This document shows positions 16,846 through 24,282 of a DNA stretch of 41,331 nucleotides, one piece after another. A program made the translations under genes and the position numbers. The notes below the pieces were generated by a model, which saw only the letters and a program-made list of their open reading frames with translations, did not search any database and was not told where the DNA came from. Each line of letters starts with the position of its first letter. Position 1 is the stretch's first letter. Source of the DNA: Kofleriaceae bacterium (GTDB lineage: Bacteria > Myxococcota_A > Polyangia > Haliangiales > Haliangiaceae); the NCBI GenBank assembly GCA_046597055.1, contig JBKJLC010000167.1, positions 1 to 41,331 of the forward strand, read 5' to 3'.

Positions 16846-17366
16846 GGGGGCGGCGGGAAGATGCCCTGGAGGGCGATGCAGTAGTTCAGGACGCAGTAGG
16901 GCTGGAGGTTGTTGTGGGGGAGTCCGCCACCAGCCGGGGTGAGGGTCGCGGGCGCCATCGTGGTCTGGGTGCCGGCAGCCCCGTACGCGTTGCCGCTGGC
17001 CGGCCGGCTGTAGCCGACGGTGGGGCTCGGCGCGGCCACCGCCCCGAGCGGCGTCGTCGCGGCATTGACGGCGTGGGTGTGGAACGGGATCTCGGACTCC
17101 AGCAGGGTGATGGTGGCGGCGCCGCCCGTCTGCCCGAGGTCGTAGAGCGAGAGGCCGGGCCCCTGACCCGCGCCGATCGGCACCGATCCCTCCAGGTTGG
17201 GGAGCGCGAAGGTCGACTGGCCATTGCCGCCGTAGGTCGTGCCGAGCAGCGAGAACAGGGCGGCATTCTGGGCGATGGGCAAGAGCTGGCCATTGCACTG
17301 GGCCCAACCGCGCGGTGCGAAGTTGAACCCGAACAAGCGGATCTCGGCGACGAACGGGTCTGACAC
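16842..17366 (-). CDS. phage tail-collar domain protein (MdpB-like), copy 3
   Basis: PFVAEIRLFGFNFAPRGWAQCNGQLLPIAQNAALFSLLGTTYGGNGQSTFALPNL, with C-terminal PHNNLQPY...CIALQGIFP. Confidence 0.92.
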   Translation of the reverse strand: MSDPFVAEIRLFGFNFAPRGWAQCNGQLLPIAQNAALFSLLGTTYGGNGQSTFALPNLEGSVPIGAGQGPGLSLYDLGQTGGAATITLLESEIPFHTHAVNAATTPLGAVAAPSPTVGYSRPASGNAYGAAGTQTTMAPATLTPAGGGLPHNNLQPYCVLNYCIALQGIFPPPP

Positions 17367-17374
17367 GGTGGCTC

Positions 17375-17875
17375 CTACGGCGGCGGCGGGTACACGCCGA
17401 ACAGCGAGATGATGTAGCGGATCGCGACGTACGGCTGCATGTTGTCGTGAGGCTGACTGCCACCGACGGGGGCGATGGTGGCCGCGTTCAGCTGCGCCGT
17501 GGCACCGGGGACCCGGTACAGCTTGCGTGCGGCCTGACCGGTCACCGCGTTCGCAGGACTCGGCAGGGTCGGAATGTCGGTGGACGCCACGAGTTGATGG
17601 CCGTGCGCCGGGAGCTGGTTGGTCGTCAACGTGACCGACTCGACGCCCGCGGCCTCGCCGATGACGTATCCGTTCCCGGCGTGGATGGGTACGCGCCCGC
17701 GCAGGTCCGGCTTCGCGAAGGTGCTCTGTCCGTCGCCGCCGTAGATGGTCCCGATCAGCGTGAACAGCGCGTCGTGCTCCGCGATCGCGAGCAGGCCGCC
17801 GTCGCAGAACCCCCAGCCGACCGGGGCGTAGGTGCCGGCGAAGATCCGGATCTCTCCAATGAATGGCTCCGACAT
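17375..17875 (-). CDS. phage tail-collar domain protein (MdpB-like), copy 2
   Basis: PFIGEIRIFAGTYAPVGWGFCDG...GTIYGGDGQSTFAKPDLRGRVPIH, with GGSQPHDNMQPY. Confidence 0.92.
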   Translation of the reverse strand: MSEPFIGEIRIFAGTYAPVGWGFCDGGLLAIAEHDALFTLIGTIYGGDGQSTFAKPDLRGRVPIHAGNGYVIGEAAGVESVTLTTNQLPAHGHQLVASTDIPTLPSPANAVTGQAARKLYRVPGATAQLNAATIAPVGGSQPHDNMQPYVAIRYIISLFGVYPPPP

Positions 17876-17887
17876 CGGGGTCCCTCC

Positions 17888-18385
17888 TCAGTTGGTCGAC
17901 GGGAAGATGCCGATGAGGGCAATGCAGAACTTCACCGCGAGGTACGGCTGCCGGTTCTCGTGAGGTTGCGATCCGCCGATGCTGGTCACGGCGGAGGGCT
18001 CCAGGGTGACCAGGTTCGCGGGCGGCGCATAGAGGTTGTCCTGCACCGCGAGCCGGTTGCCCGCGGGCGCATTGGTGGTCGCCGCGCCGGTCAGGGCGGT
18101 CACCGGGTGCGTATGTGTCGGCAGCTCGGCCGTCGTCAGCGTGTGGGCGGTCTCGCCGCCCACCTGTCCCTGCGTGAAGCTGGCGCCGGTGTGCATCGCG
18201 ACCCGGCCGCGCAGGTCGGGCAAGGCGAAGTTCACCCGTCCGTCCCCGCCGTACGTGGTCCCCAGCAGCGAAAACAGCGCTTGATTCTGGTTGATCGGCA
18301 GTAACTGACCATTACATTCCGCCCAGCCGCGCGGGGCGTAGTTGAAGCTCACGATCCGGATCTCGGCCAGGAAAGGGGTCCCCAC
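17888..18385 (-). CDS. phage tail-collar domain protein (MdpB-like), copy 1
   Basis: GTG start at 18385 chosen by alignment with the two paralogs. PFLAEIRIVSFNYAPRGWAECNGQLLPINQNQALFSLLGTTYGGDG, with GGSQPHENRQPY. Confidence 0.9.
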   Translation of the reverse strand: MGTPFLAEIRIVSFNYAPRGWAECNGQLLPINQNQALFSLLGTTYGGDGRVNFALPDLRGRVAMHTGASFTQGQVGGETAHTLTTAELPTHTHPVTALTGAATTNAPAGNRLAVQDNLYAPPANLVTLEPSAVTSIGGSQPHENRQPYLAVKFCIALIGIFPSTN

Positions 18386-18592
18386 GACGAACGAGCTTAC
18401 GCGGTTCCGCTCCGGGCCTGCCGGGTTTCGTGAGGCCAACCCGGGCACCGCGCGCTTTTCGCCGCGTCACGCGGCATGTGTTGCCGGGTGGGTGCGAGGC
18501 CTGCGGGGGCGACCCCGGGGTCGACGCTTACCCGCGTCGCAGCGGCGGTTGCTTTTCTTGCCCCCGGCCGCGAGGCGCCCGAAAATTTCCGG

Positions 18593-19087
18593 ATGGACAA
18601 GCAGCTCCTGGTCAGCCAGCTCATCGACCGGCTGACCGCATCCGCCCAGGTGGCGCGCACCGCGCGTGACGCCGCCGCCACCGAGGCCCGCGACGGCGCC
18701 ACGCCGGCCGAGAAGCGCGAGGACGCGCGCGCCGCGATCGAGTTCGGGGGGCTGGCCCGGGCCCAGGATCGGCGGCTGCGCGAGACCGAGGCTGCGGTCG
18801 CGGACCTGATCGCGTTCCGGCCGGCGACCCCGGCTGGCAACGCGGCGATCGGCCTCGGCGCGGTGGTCGAGATCGAGGACGACGAGACCGGCGAGGGCCG
18901 CACGTTCTTCCTCGCGCCGGCCGGGGCCGGGGTCACGTTGACCGGCCCCGGTGGCGATGGCTACCTGTCGGTGGTGACGCCGTCGTCGCCGGTCGGGCGC
19001 GCGGTGCTCGGTCGCCGGGTCGGCGAGGGCATCGACGTGACGATCGAGGGCGACGTGCGGTCGTGGACGATCACCTGGTCCGGCTGA
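18593..19087 (+). CDS. GreA/GreB-family transcription elongation factor-like protein
   Basis: N-terminal coiled coil, then the GreA/B C-terminal domain pattern IGLGAVVEIED...VVTPSSPVGRAVLGRRVGE. ATG at 18593. Confidence 0.8.
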   Translation: MDKQLLVSQLIDRLTASAQVARTARDAAATEARDGATPAEKREDARAAIEFGGLARAQDRRLRETEAAVADLIAFRPATPAGNAAIGLGAVVEIEDDETGEGRTFFLAPAGAGVTLTGPGGDGYLSVVTPSSPVGRAVLGRRVGEGIDVTIEGDVRSWTITWSG

Positions 19088-19163
19088 AGCGGTGTCGCGG
19101 CGTCGGTCGACACCGCTCGAGGTCGACGCTGCCGCGGCCGAGCCGGGTGCTACCTTGGTCGTG

Positions 19164-20168
19164 ATGGCCGACGCTGCTGGCCCGGTGGACGGGGTCGAAC
19201 CCACGACCACCGATCGCTGGCGGTGGGTCCGCCGCCTCGGCCCCTGGGTGATCAGCGCGGCCGCGGTGATCGCGATCCTGCTGCGCTACCCGCTCGATCG
19301 GATCGTCGCCGAGATGGGGCGCGGCAACGTGCCGGCCATGATCCCGGCCGCGATCGCCGGCGCCGCGGCGCTCTGGTTCACCGCCACGCTCGGCGATCTG
19401 GTGCTGCTGCGCCGGCTGGTCGTGACCGTGCGGTTCTGGGACCTGTTTCGCGGCAAGGCCGGGGTCGCGGTGCTCAATGCGCTGGGCATGGCGGCCAACT
19501 ACGGCGGCCACGCGCTGTGGATCCAGCGCCGGTTCGGCGTGCGGCCGGCGACCGCGGTCGGCATGCTCATGATGGTCACGGTCCTCGATCTCTCGGCGGT
19601 GTCGCTGCTGGCCACGGTCGCGGTCTGGGTCGGCGGTGACGCGCTGCCGGTCGAGGGCCGCGAGCGCCTGCGGCTGCTGGCGCCGGCGGTGGCCGTGGTC
19701 GCGCTCACGCTGGTCCTCTTGCCGGCCCGCGGCGGCCACCGGCCGCTGTTCGAGCCATGGCGAGCCATCCCCGCGCGCAACCGGCTGGCGAGTGTTGCGG
19801 CGCGGATGGGCAACATCGCGATCCTGATCGTCGCGACCTGGGTGGCCGCCCGCGGGTTCGGCCTGCCGATTCCGTTCGGGGTCATGGCGATGTACCTGCC
19901 GATCCTGCTGGTGGTGGGCGCGATGCCGATCAACATCGGCGGGTTCGGCGCGGTCCAGGCAGCGTGGGTCGCGCTGCTGGCGCCGTGGGCCAGTGGCGAG
20001 CGGATCCTGGCGTTCCAGTTCCTCTGGCACCTGATCCTGTTCGTCGCGCTGTTTCTGCGCGGCGCGCCGTTCCTGCGGCGGGTGGTCGCCGACGTCGCGG
20101 CCGGGCGCCGGGCCGCCGGGCCGCCGGCCGGTCCGGGGCCCACCTCCGCGCGATCTGGCGTAGAGTAG
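19164..20168 (+). CDS. lysylphosphatidylglycerol-synthase TM / flippase-like membrane protein (UPF0104-like)
   Basis: About 8 hydrophobic helices and the MPINIGGFGAVQAAWVALL motif. The start is uncertain (19092-19164). Confidence 0.75.
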   Translation: MADAAGPVDGVEPTTTDRWRWVRRLGPWVISAAAVIAILLRYPLDRIVAEMGRGNVPAMIPAAIAGAAALWFTATLGDLVLLRRLVVTVRFWDLFRGKAGVAVLNALGMAANYGGHALWIQRRFGVRPATAVGMLMMVTVLDLSAVSLLATVAVWVGGDALPVEGRERLRLLAPAVAVVALTLVLLPARGGHRPLFEPWRAIPARNRLASVAARMGNIAILIVATWVAARGFGLPIPFGVMAMYLPILLVVGAMPINIGGFGAVQAAWVALLAPWASGERILAFQFLWHLILFVALFLRGAPFLRRVVADVAAGRRAAGPPAGPGPTSARSGVE

Positions 20169-20192
20169 GGAACGTTCGGCCAGGAGGTTCGC

Positions 20193-21554
20193 GTGCGGCA
20201 CGCCTGGTGGCTGGTGGGCATGATGGTGACCGTAGGGGGCTGCAGCGCGCCCGCGCCGGGCGAGCTCGGCAGCGGCTCACGCCTGCGCGCGCGCTACCTG
20301 GTCGGCGTCGAGGGCGACCGGCTGTTCCGCGGCTTCCACGACACCCAGCTTGGCGTCGACTGCGCCTGGGAGGGCACCACGCCGCCGCGCTGCCTGCCGT
20401 CCCACGTCGAGGCCACGGTGTTCGAGGACGCGGCGTGCCGGGTCCCGCTGGTCGCGGCCACGCCGGACCCGTGCGCGAGGCCGCGCTTCGCCAGCGTCAG
20501 CCACGACCTGTGCGGGCACCAGGTCGAGCACCTGTGGCGGGTCGGGACCGCGGCGGTCGCGGTCGCGCGGACCTACCAGCTCGACGCCGACGGCGCGTGC
20601 CGTCCGGCGGCGGCGGATCCCTCGGTGAGCTATCACCGCTCCGCTGGCGAGACGCCGCTCACGGAGTTCGCCGGCGGTCGGCTGGTCGACGAGGGCCATG
20701 GCCGCCTGCGCACTCGCATGATCGTGGGAGACGACGGCTCGCGGTTCCCGGCCGGCGCCTACGACCCCGAGCTCGCCGCCGCCTGTCGCCCCGACCTCGA
20801 CCTCGGCCGGTGCATCCCTGCCTACCAGAGCAGCACCTTCACGCTCGACAGCGCCTGCTCGGTCCGCGCGGTCGCGTCGCGCCTCGCCTGCGAGCCGGCG
20901 CCGTACATCGCGGTGTGGCACGACGGGCTCGCGCTGTGGCGGACCGGCGCCCTGCAGACACCGGCGCCGAACACGGTCTTTCTCGACCTGCTGGTGGCGC
21001 GGACCGGCTGGACCTGTGCGCTGGTGAACGTCGCGGTCGACCCGGCCTTCGGGATCCGTGCGGCCGGCGAGCCGGTCGGGCTCGCACAGCTGGCCGCGGT
21101 GGAGCGGGTCCTCGACCCCGCGGGCAGCCGGCTGCAGACCTGGACGACCGAGGCCGACGGCTACCGCGAGTTCGACGGCGTGCACGACCGGGTGCTCGGC
21201 GTCGACTGCGTGCCGCGCGAGGTCGGCGCCGGGGCGTGGCGCTGTCTCCCCGAGCTGCCGGTCGCGAGCGGGTTTCCGATGTTCGTGGACGCCGCGTGCC
21301 AGCAGTCGGCCGGCCCGGTGGTCATCCTCGACGACGACCGGACGGTCGAGCAGGCCCTGGTCGAGGCCGACGACGGCTGCGCGCGGGCCGCCCACGTTCA
21401 CCAGCTCGGGCCGGCGGTCGGCTCGGGTTCGCTTTACTACCAGGGCGGCGGCGGGTGTCGCCGCTACGCCTGGGAGCCACCGCTGCAAATCCACCGGGTC
21501 GGGGCCGAGATCTCGCTCGAGCCCTTCGTGGCGCTGACCGCCGTCACCGAATGA
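20193..21554 (+). CDS. Cys-rich exported lipoprotein with three internal repeats
   Basis: Signal ending VGG|C. Repeats GSRLRARYLVGVEGDRLFRGFHDTQLGVDC, GRLRTRMIVGDDGSRFPAGAYDPELAAAC and GSRLQTWTTEADGYREFDGVHDRVLGVDC, each followed by RC(L/I)P and a D(A/S)AC motif. Confidence 0.8.
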   Translation: MRHAWWLVGMMVTVGGCSAPAPGELGSGSRLRARYLVGVEGDRLFRGFHDTQLGVDCAWEGTTPPRCLPSHVEATVFEDAACRVPLVAATPDPCARPRFASVSHDLCGHQVEHLWRVGTAAVAVARTYQLDADGACRPAAADPSVSYHRSAGETPLTEFAGGRLVDEGHGRLRTRMIVGDDGSRFPAGAYDPELAAACRPDLDLGRCIPAYQSSTFTLDSACSVRAVASRLACEPAPYIAVWHDGLALWRTGALQTPAPNTVFLDLLVARTGWTCALVNVAVDPAFGIRAAGEPVGLAQLAAVERVLDPAGSRLQTWTTEADGYREFDGVHDRVLGVDCVPREVGAGAWRCLPELPVASGFPMFVDAACQQSAGPVVILDDDRTVEQALVEADDGCARAAHVHQLGPAVGSGSLYYQGGGGCRRYAWEPPLQIHRVGAEISLEPFVALTAVTE

Positions 21555-21765
21555 GCGCGGGGTCCGGCGGGCGCGGCGGCCAGGCCGGACCCGGCCCGGG
21601 CTCGACGACGTAGCTGACCCGGTGGGCCTCGTCGGGGTCGACACCGTCCGAAGTGGCCGCGCAAGGACGCGAGCGGCACCTGCTCGAGGTCGTGACCGCC
21701 CGGCTGCAGGCGTGAGCCTCGAGGTGCGGCGTGCGCGGGTCCTTGTAGATCGCCTCGAGAGTCAT
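21544..21765 (-). pseudogene. short ORF coupled to the upstream gene, possibly a frameshifted remnant
   Basis: ATGA overlap at 21762-21765, starting MTLEAIYKDPRTPHLE. The middle section has better GC3 codons in another frame (LQPGGHDLEQVPLASLRGHFG). Confidence 0.25.
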
Positions 21766-22700
21766 GGGCGATCCCACGGGGCCGACACGTCGGTCTCGAG
21801 CCAGACGAAGGCGATCACGGCGCGGTCGGCGGCGACGGCGTCGATGCGGGCCGCGAGGGTGGGCGCGATGGCGGGGCCCGCCTGATCGCCGGCGACGACG
21901 AAGGTGACCGGGCTGCCCCCGATGCCGACCACGACGCGACGCGGGCCAGCGGTGGGGCCGGCGGGGAGATCGAGCCGGTGGGGGAGCGTGGTGGCGGGGG
22001 CGTGCCAGAAGGCAGCGCGGGGTTGGTGGGCGTAGCAGGTCCATTCGCCGCCGGGGGCGAGCGGGGGTGGAGCTGGGGCATCGGCATCGGCAGCGGCAGC
22101 GGGACCGGCATCAGCATCGGCATCGGCAGCGGCAGCGGGACCGGCAGCCACGGCGACCACGCGGTCCGTGATGGATGCGTCGGCCCAGGCGGCGCGCACC
22201 ATGTGCTCCATCCAGGCGTGCAGGTTGGGGACCTCGGCGCCGGCGGCGTCGGCGACGGTCGCGAGCGCGGGCGTGGGCTCGGCGACCCAGGCGACGGCGG
22301 GATCGATGACCGCGAGATCCTCGGCGACCCGGGTCCGCTGCTGCGAGACGATCAGCTCGGGCGCGGCGGTCTCGACCAGGCCTCCGAGCACCCGGACGTG
22401 ATCGCGCAGCCGGGCGAGCGCGCTCCAGCGCACGGTGGCCGGCAGGCCGGCGGCGAGCTCGGCGAGCAACGGCTCGGGCGCCAGCGCGGATGCGAGGGCG
22501 TGCCGCTCGGGGTCGGCGAGGGGCACGGTCGCGGCGGCCAGGCGGTCCTGGCGCCAGGCCCACCAACGCTCGAGTGCGCGGCCGAGCGCGAGGTCGTTGC
22601 CGGCGGCGGCGGCGGCCAGCGCGGCTTCGACGTCGGCGATCCAGGCTCGCTCGACCTCGAAGACCACCAGCGTGACCGTGGCGGGATCGGGCGCGCTCAT
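21762..22700 (-). CDS. hypothetical protein with an Ala/Asp low-complexity linker
   Basis: 312-aa ORF with GC3-biased codons and no recognisable family. Confidence 0.65.
   Translation of the reverse strand: MSAPDPATVTLVVFEVERAWIADVEAALAAAAAGNDLALGRALERWWAWRQDRLAAATVPLADPERHALASALAPEPLLAELAAGLPATVRWSALARLRDHVRVLGGLVETAAPELIVSQQRTRVAEDLAVIDPAVAWVAEPTPALATVADAAGAEVPNLHAWMEHMVRAAWADASITDRVVAVAAGPAAAADADADAGPAAAADADAPAPPPLAPGGEWTCYAHQPRAAFWHAPATTLPHRLDLPAGPTAGPRRVVVGIGGSPVTFVVAGDQAGPAIAPTLAARIDAVAADRAVIAFVWLETDVSAPWDRP
22078..22146. repeat. direct duplication (36-bp period) built from GCATCG/GCAGCG hexamers
   Basis: gcatcggcatcggcagcggcagcgggaccggca occurs at 22078-22110 and 22114-22146, encoding AGPAAAADADA twice. 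Confidence 0.8.
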
Positions 22701-22792
22701 GGTGCAAGCCTAACGCACGGCCACTGCGAGCAGGCCGCGGACCTGATCGATCGTGCGACCCGTCGTCCACCCGCGACGCTAAGGGCCGGGCC

Positions 22793-22972
22793 CTAACGCT
22801 TCTTCGTGGATTTGCTCGGGGTCGCGATGGCCGCGAACACCCTGCGGCAGCGCTTGCACGCGACCCGGCTGGCGTGGCGATCGCGCACCTGACGTTTGCC
22901 GCAGTGCGGACACGTCACGGTCTTGGTCCCGCTCAGCACCGCCATTCCCAGGAGCCCGGCCATCGCGAGCAT
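22793..22972 (-). CDS. small basic zinc-ribbon protein (59 aa), missed by the ORF track
   Basis: MLAMAGLLGMAVLSGTKTVTCPHCGKRQVRDRHASRVACKRCRRVFAAIATPSKSTKKR* has CPHC-x14-CKRC followed by F, and sits between co-directional genes. Confidence 0.65.
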   Translation of the reverse strand: MLAMAGLLGMAVLSGTKTVTCPHCGKRQVRDRHASRVACKRCRRVFAAIATPSKSTKKR

Positions 22973-23002
22973 CCTACCGCGACCGGACTGCGCGAGCCCG
23001 GG

Positions 23003-24229
23003 TCAGGGCGTCGCGGTGCTGCGCAGGTGGCGGACGGCCAGGCGCGCCAGCTCGAGCAGCGCGATCACCAGCAGCGTCCAGCCCAGCGCGGGCAGGGCGA
23101 GGCCCAGGGCCGCCACCGCGGCCAGCAGCGGCCAGCTCCACCGCCGCGCCGGCGGCGGCACCCCGAGGCGTCCCGCCGGCCGACGACGCCACCACATCCA
23201 CGGCCCGGTCACGCACAGCAGCGCCAGGGTCAGCGCGGCCAAGGTCACCGCGATCCGGCCCGGCCAGCCGAGCAGCGCGCCGGTGTGGATCGGATAGCTC
23301 GACGCGTCCAGCTTCGCCAGCATCGACCGATCGTCCCACCCGCGCTCGCCGAGCCGCCCGCCACGGTAGGCATCGACGTAGATGATGCGGACCGCGCTCG
23401 GCGTGCCGTTGTCGGCCGACCACAACCGGACCGCGTAGGCCGCGTCGACCGCGGACGGTAGCGCCAGGCCGAGCTCGCGCTCGGTCCCGGTCATCCCGGC
23501 GGCGGCGACCGCCGCATCGAGGCCGATGCGGGCCATGTCCGGGCGCGGCACCGACGTGGGTGGCGCCGGCGCCGGCTCGAGCAGCCGGTGCCAGCGGTCC
23601 TCGCCGGCGAGCCGGGTCCAGCCCAGCCCGGTCGCCGCGATCGCGAGCAGGACCGGCACCGCATACGCGCCGGCGACCGCGTGCAGATCGCGGAGGCGGG
23701 CCCGGCCGCTGGTACCGCCGCGGGGCCAGAACCGACCGACCGCGCGGCGCCGTGGCCACCACAGGTACGCGCCCGACAGGAACAGCAGCACCGCGATCGA
23801 GGTCGCCCACTCGATGATCAGCCGACCACGCTCGCCGAGCATCAACGCCCAGTGCAGGTCGAACACGCCGCGCAGGAAGCGACTGCCGCCACGCCGGGTC
23901 CCGCGCACCTCGGCGCGCCGGGGATCGACGTACGCCGTGCGCCCGTCGGCGCAGAAGACCTCGGCGGTGCGGGCGCGGTCGGCGTGCACGGTGATCCAGG
24001 TCGGCGCGCACGGCGGCGTGATCGCCGCGGCCGCGGCCACCGCCGCGTCGAGCCGGGCCGGGCCGGCCGTGATCGGCGTGGTGCGCACCTCGCGATCGAG
24101 CGCCACCTCGAGCTCGGGCGCGAACGCGTACAGCGCGCCGGTCAGCGCGATCACCACCAGCACCGGGCACGCTGCCAGCCCGGCCAGGAAGTGCCAGCGC
24201 CACACGATGCCGTAGAGCCGCGTGGCCAT
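23003..24229 (-). CDS. PepSY-associated TM helix domain membrane protein
   Basis: WRWHFLAGL, YVDP, DLHWALMLGE.G, SGAYLWWP, DLHAVAG, YVDAYRG, PIHTG and TGPWMWWRRRP motifs. Confidence 0.92.
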   Translation of the reverse strand: MATRLYGIVWRWHFLAGLAACPVLVVIALTGALYAFAPELEVALDREVRTTPITAGPARLDAAVAAAAAITPPCAPTWITVHADRARTAEVFCADGRTAYVDPRRAEVRGTRRGGSRFLRGVFDLHWALMLGERGRLIIEWATSIAVLLFLSGAYLWWPRRRAVGRFWPRGGTSGRARLRDLHAVAGAYAVPVLLAIAATGLGWTRLAGEDRWHRLLEPAPAPPTSVPRPDMARIGLDAAVAAAGMTGTERELGLALPSAVDAAYAVRLWSADNGTPSAVRIIYVDAYRGGRLGERGWDDRSMLAKLDASSYPIHTGALLGWPGRIAVTLAALTLALLCVTGPWMWWRRRPAGRLGVPPPARRWSWPLLAAVAALGLALPALGWTLLVIALLELARLAVRHLRSTATP

Positions 24230-24282
24230 GCCCGGCCTATATCACGGGTCGGCGGCGCACCGACCGTGGCCGCCGTGCCGCG

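Noticed and set aside
16842..18385. Prophage, tailocin or contractile injection system suggested by the tail-collar genes
   Set aside because: There are no capsid, sheath, tube, baseplate, terminase, lysis or integrase genes in the window.
20193..21554. Possible extra cytochrome (MtrC-like partner) among the Cys-rich exported proteins, including the adhesin
   Set aside because: Neither protein has CxxCH motifs. The Cys spacing fits disulfides.
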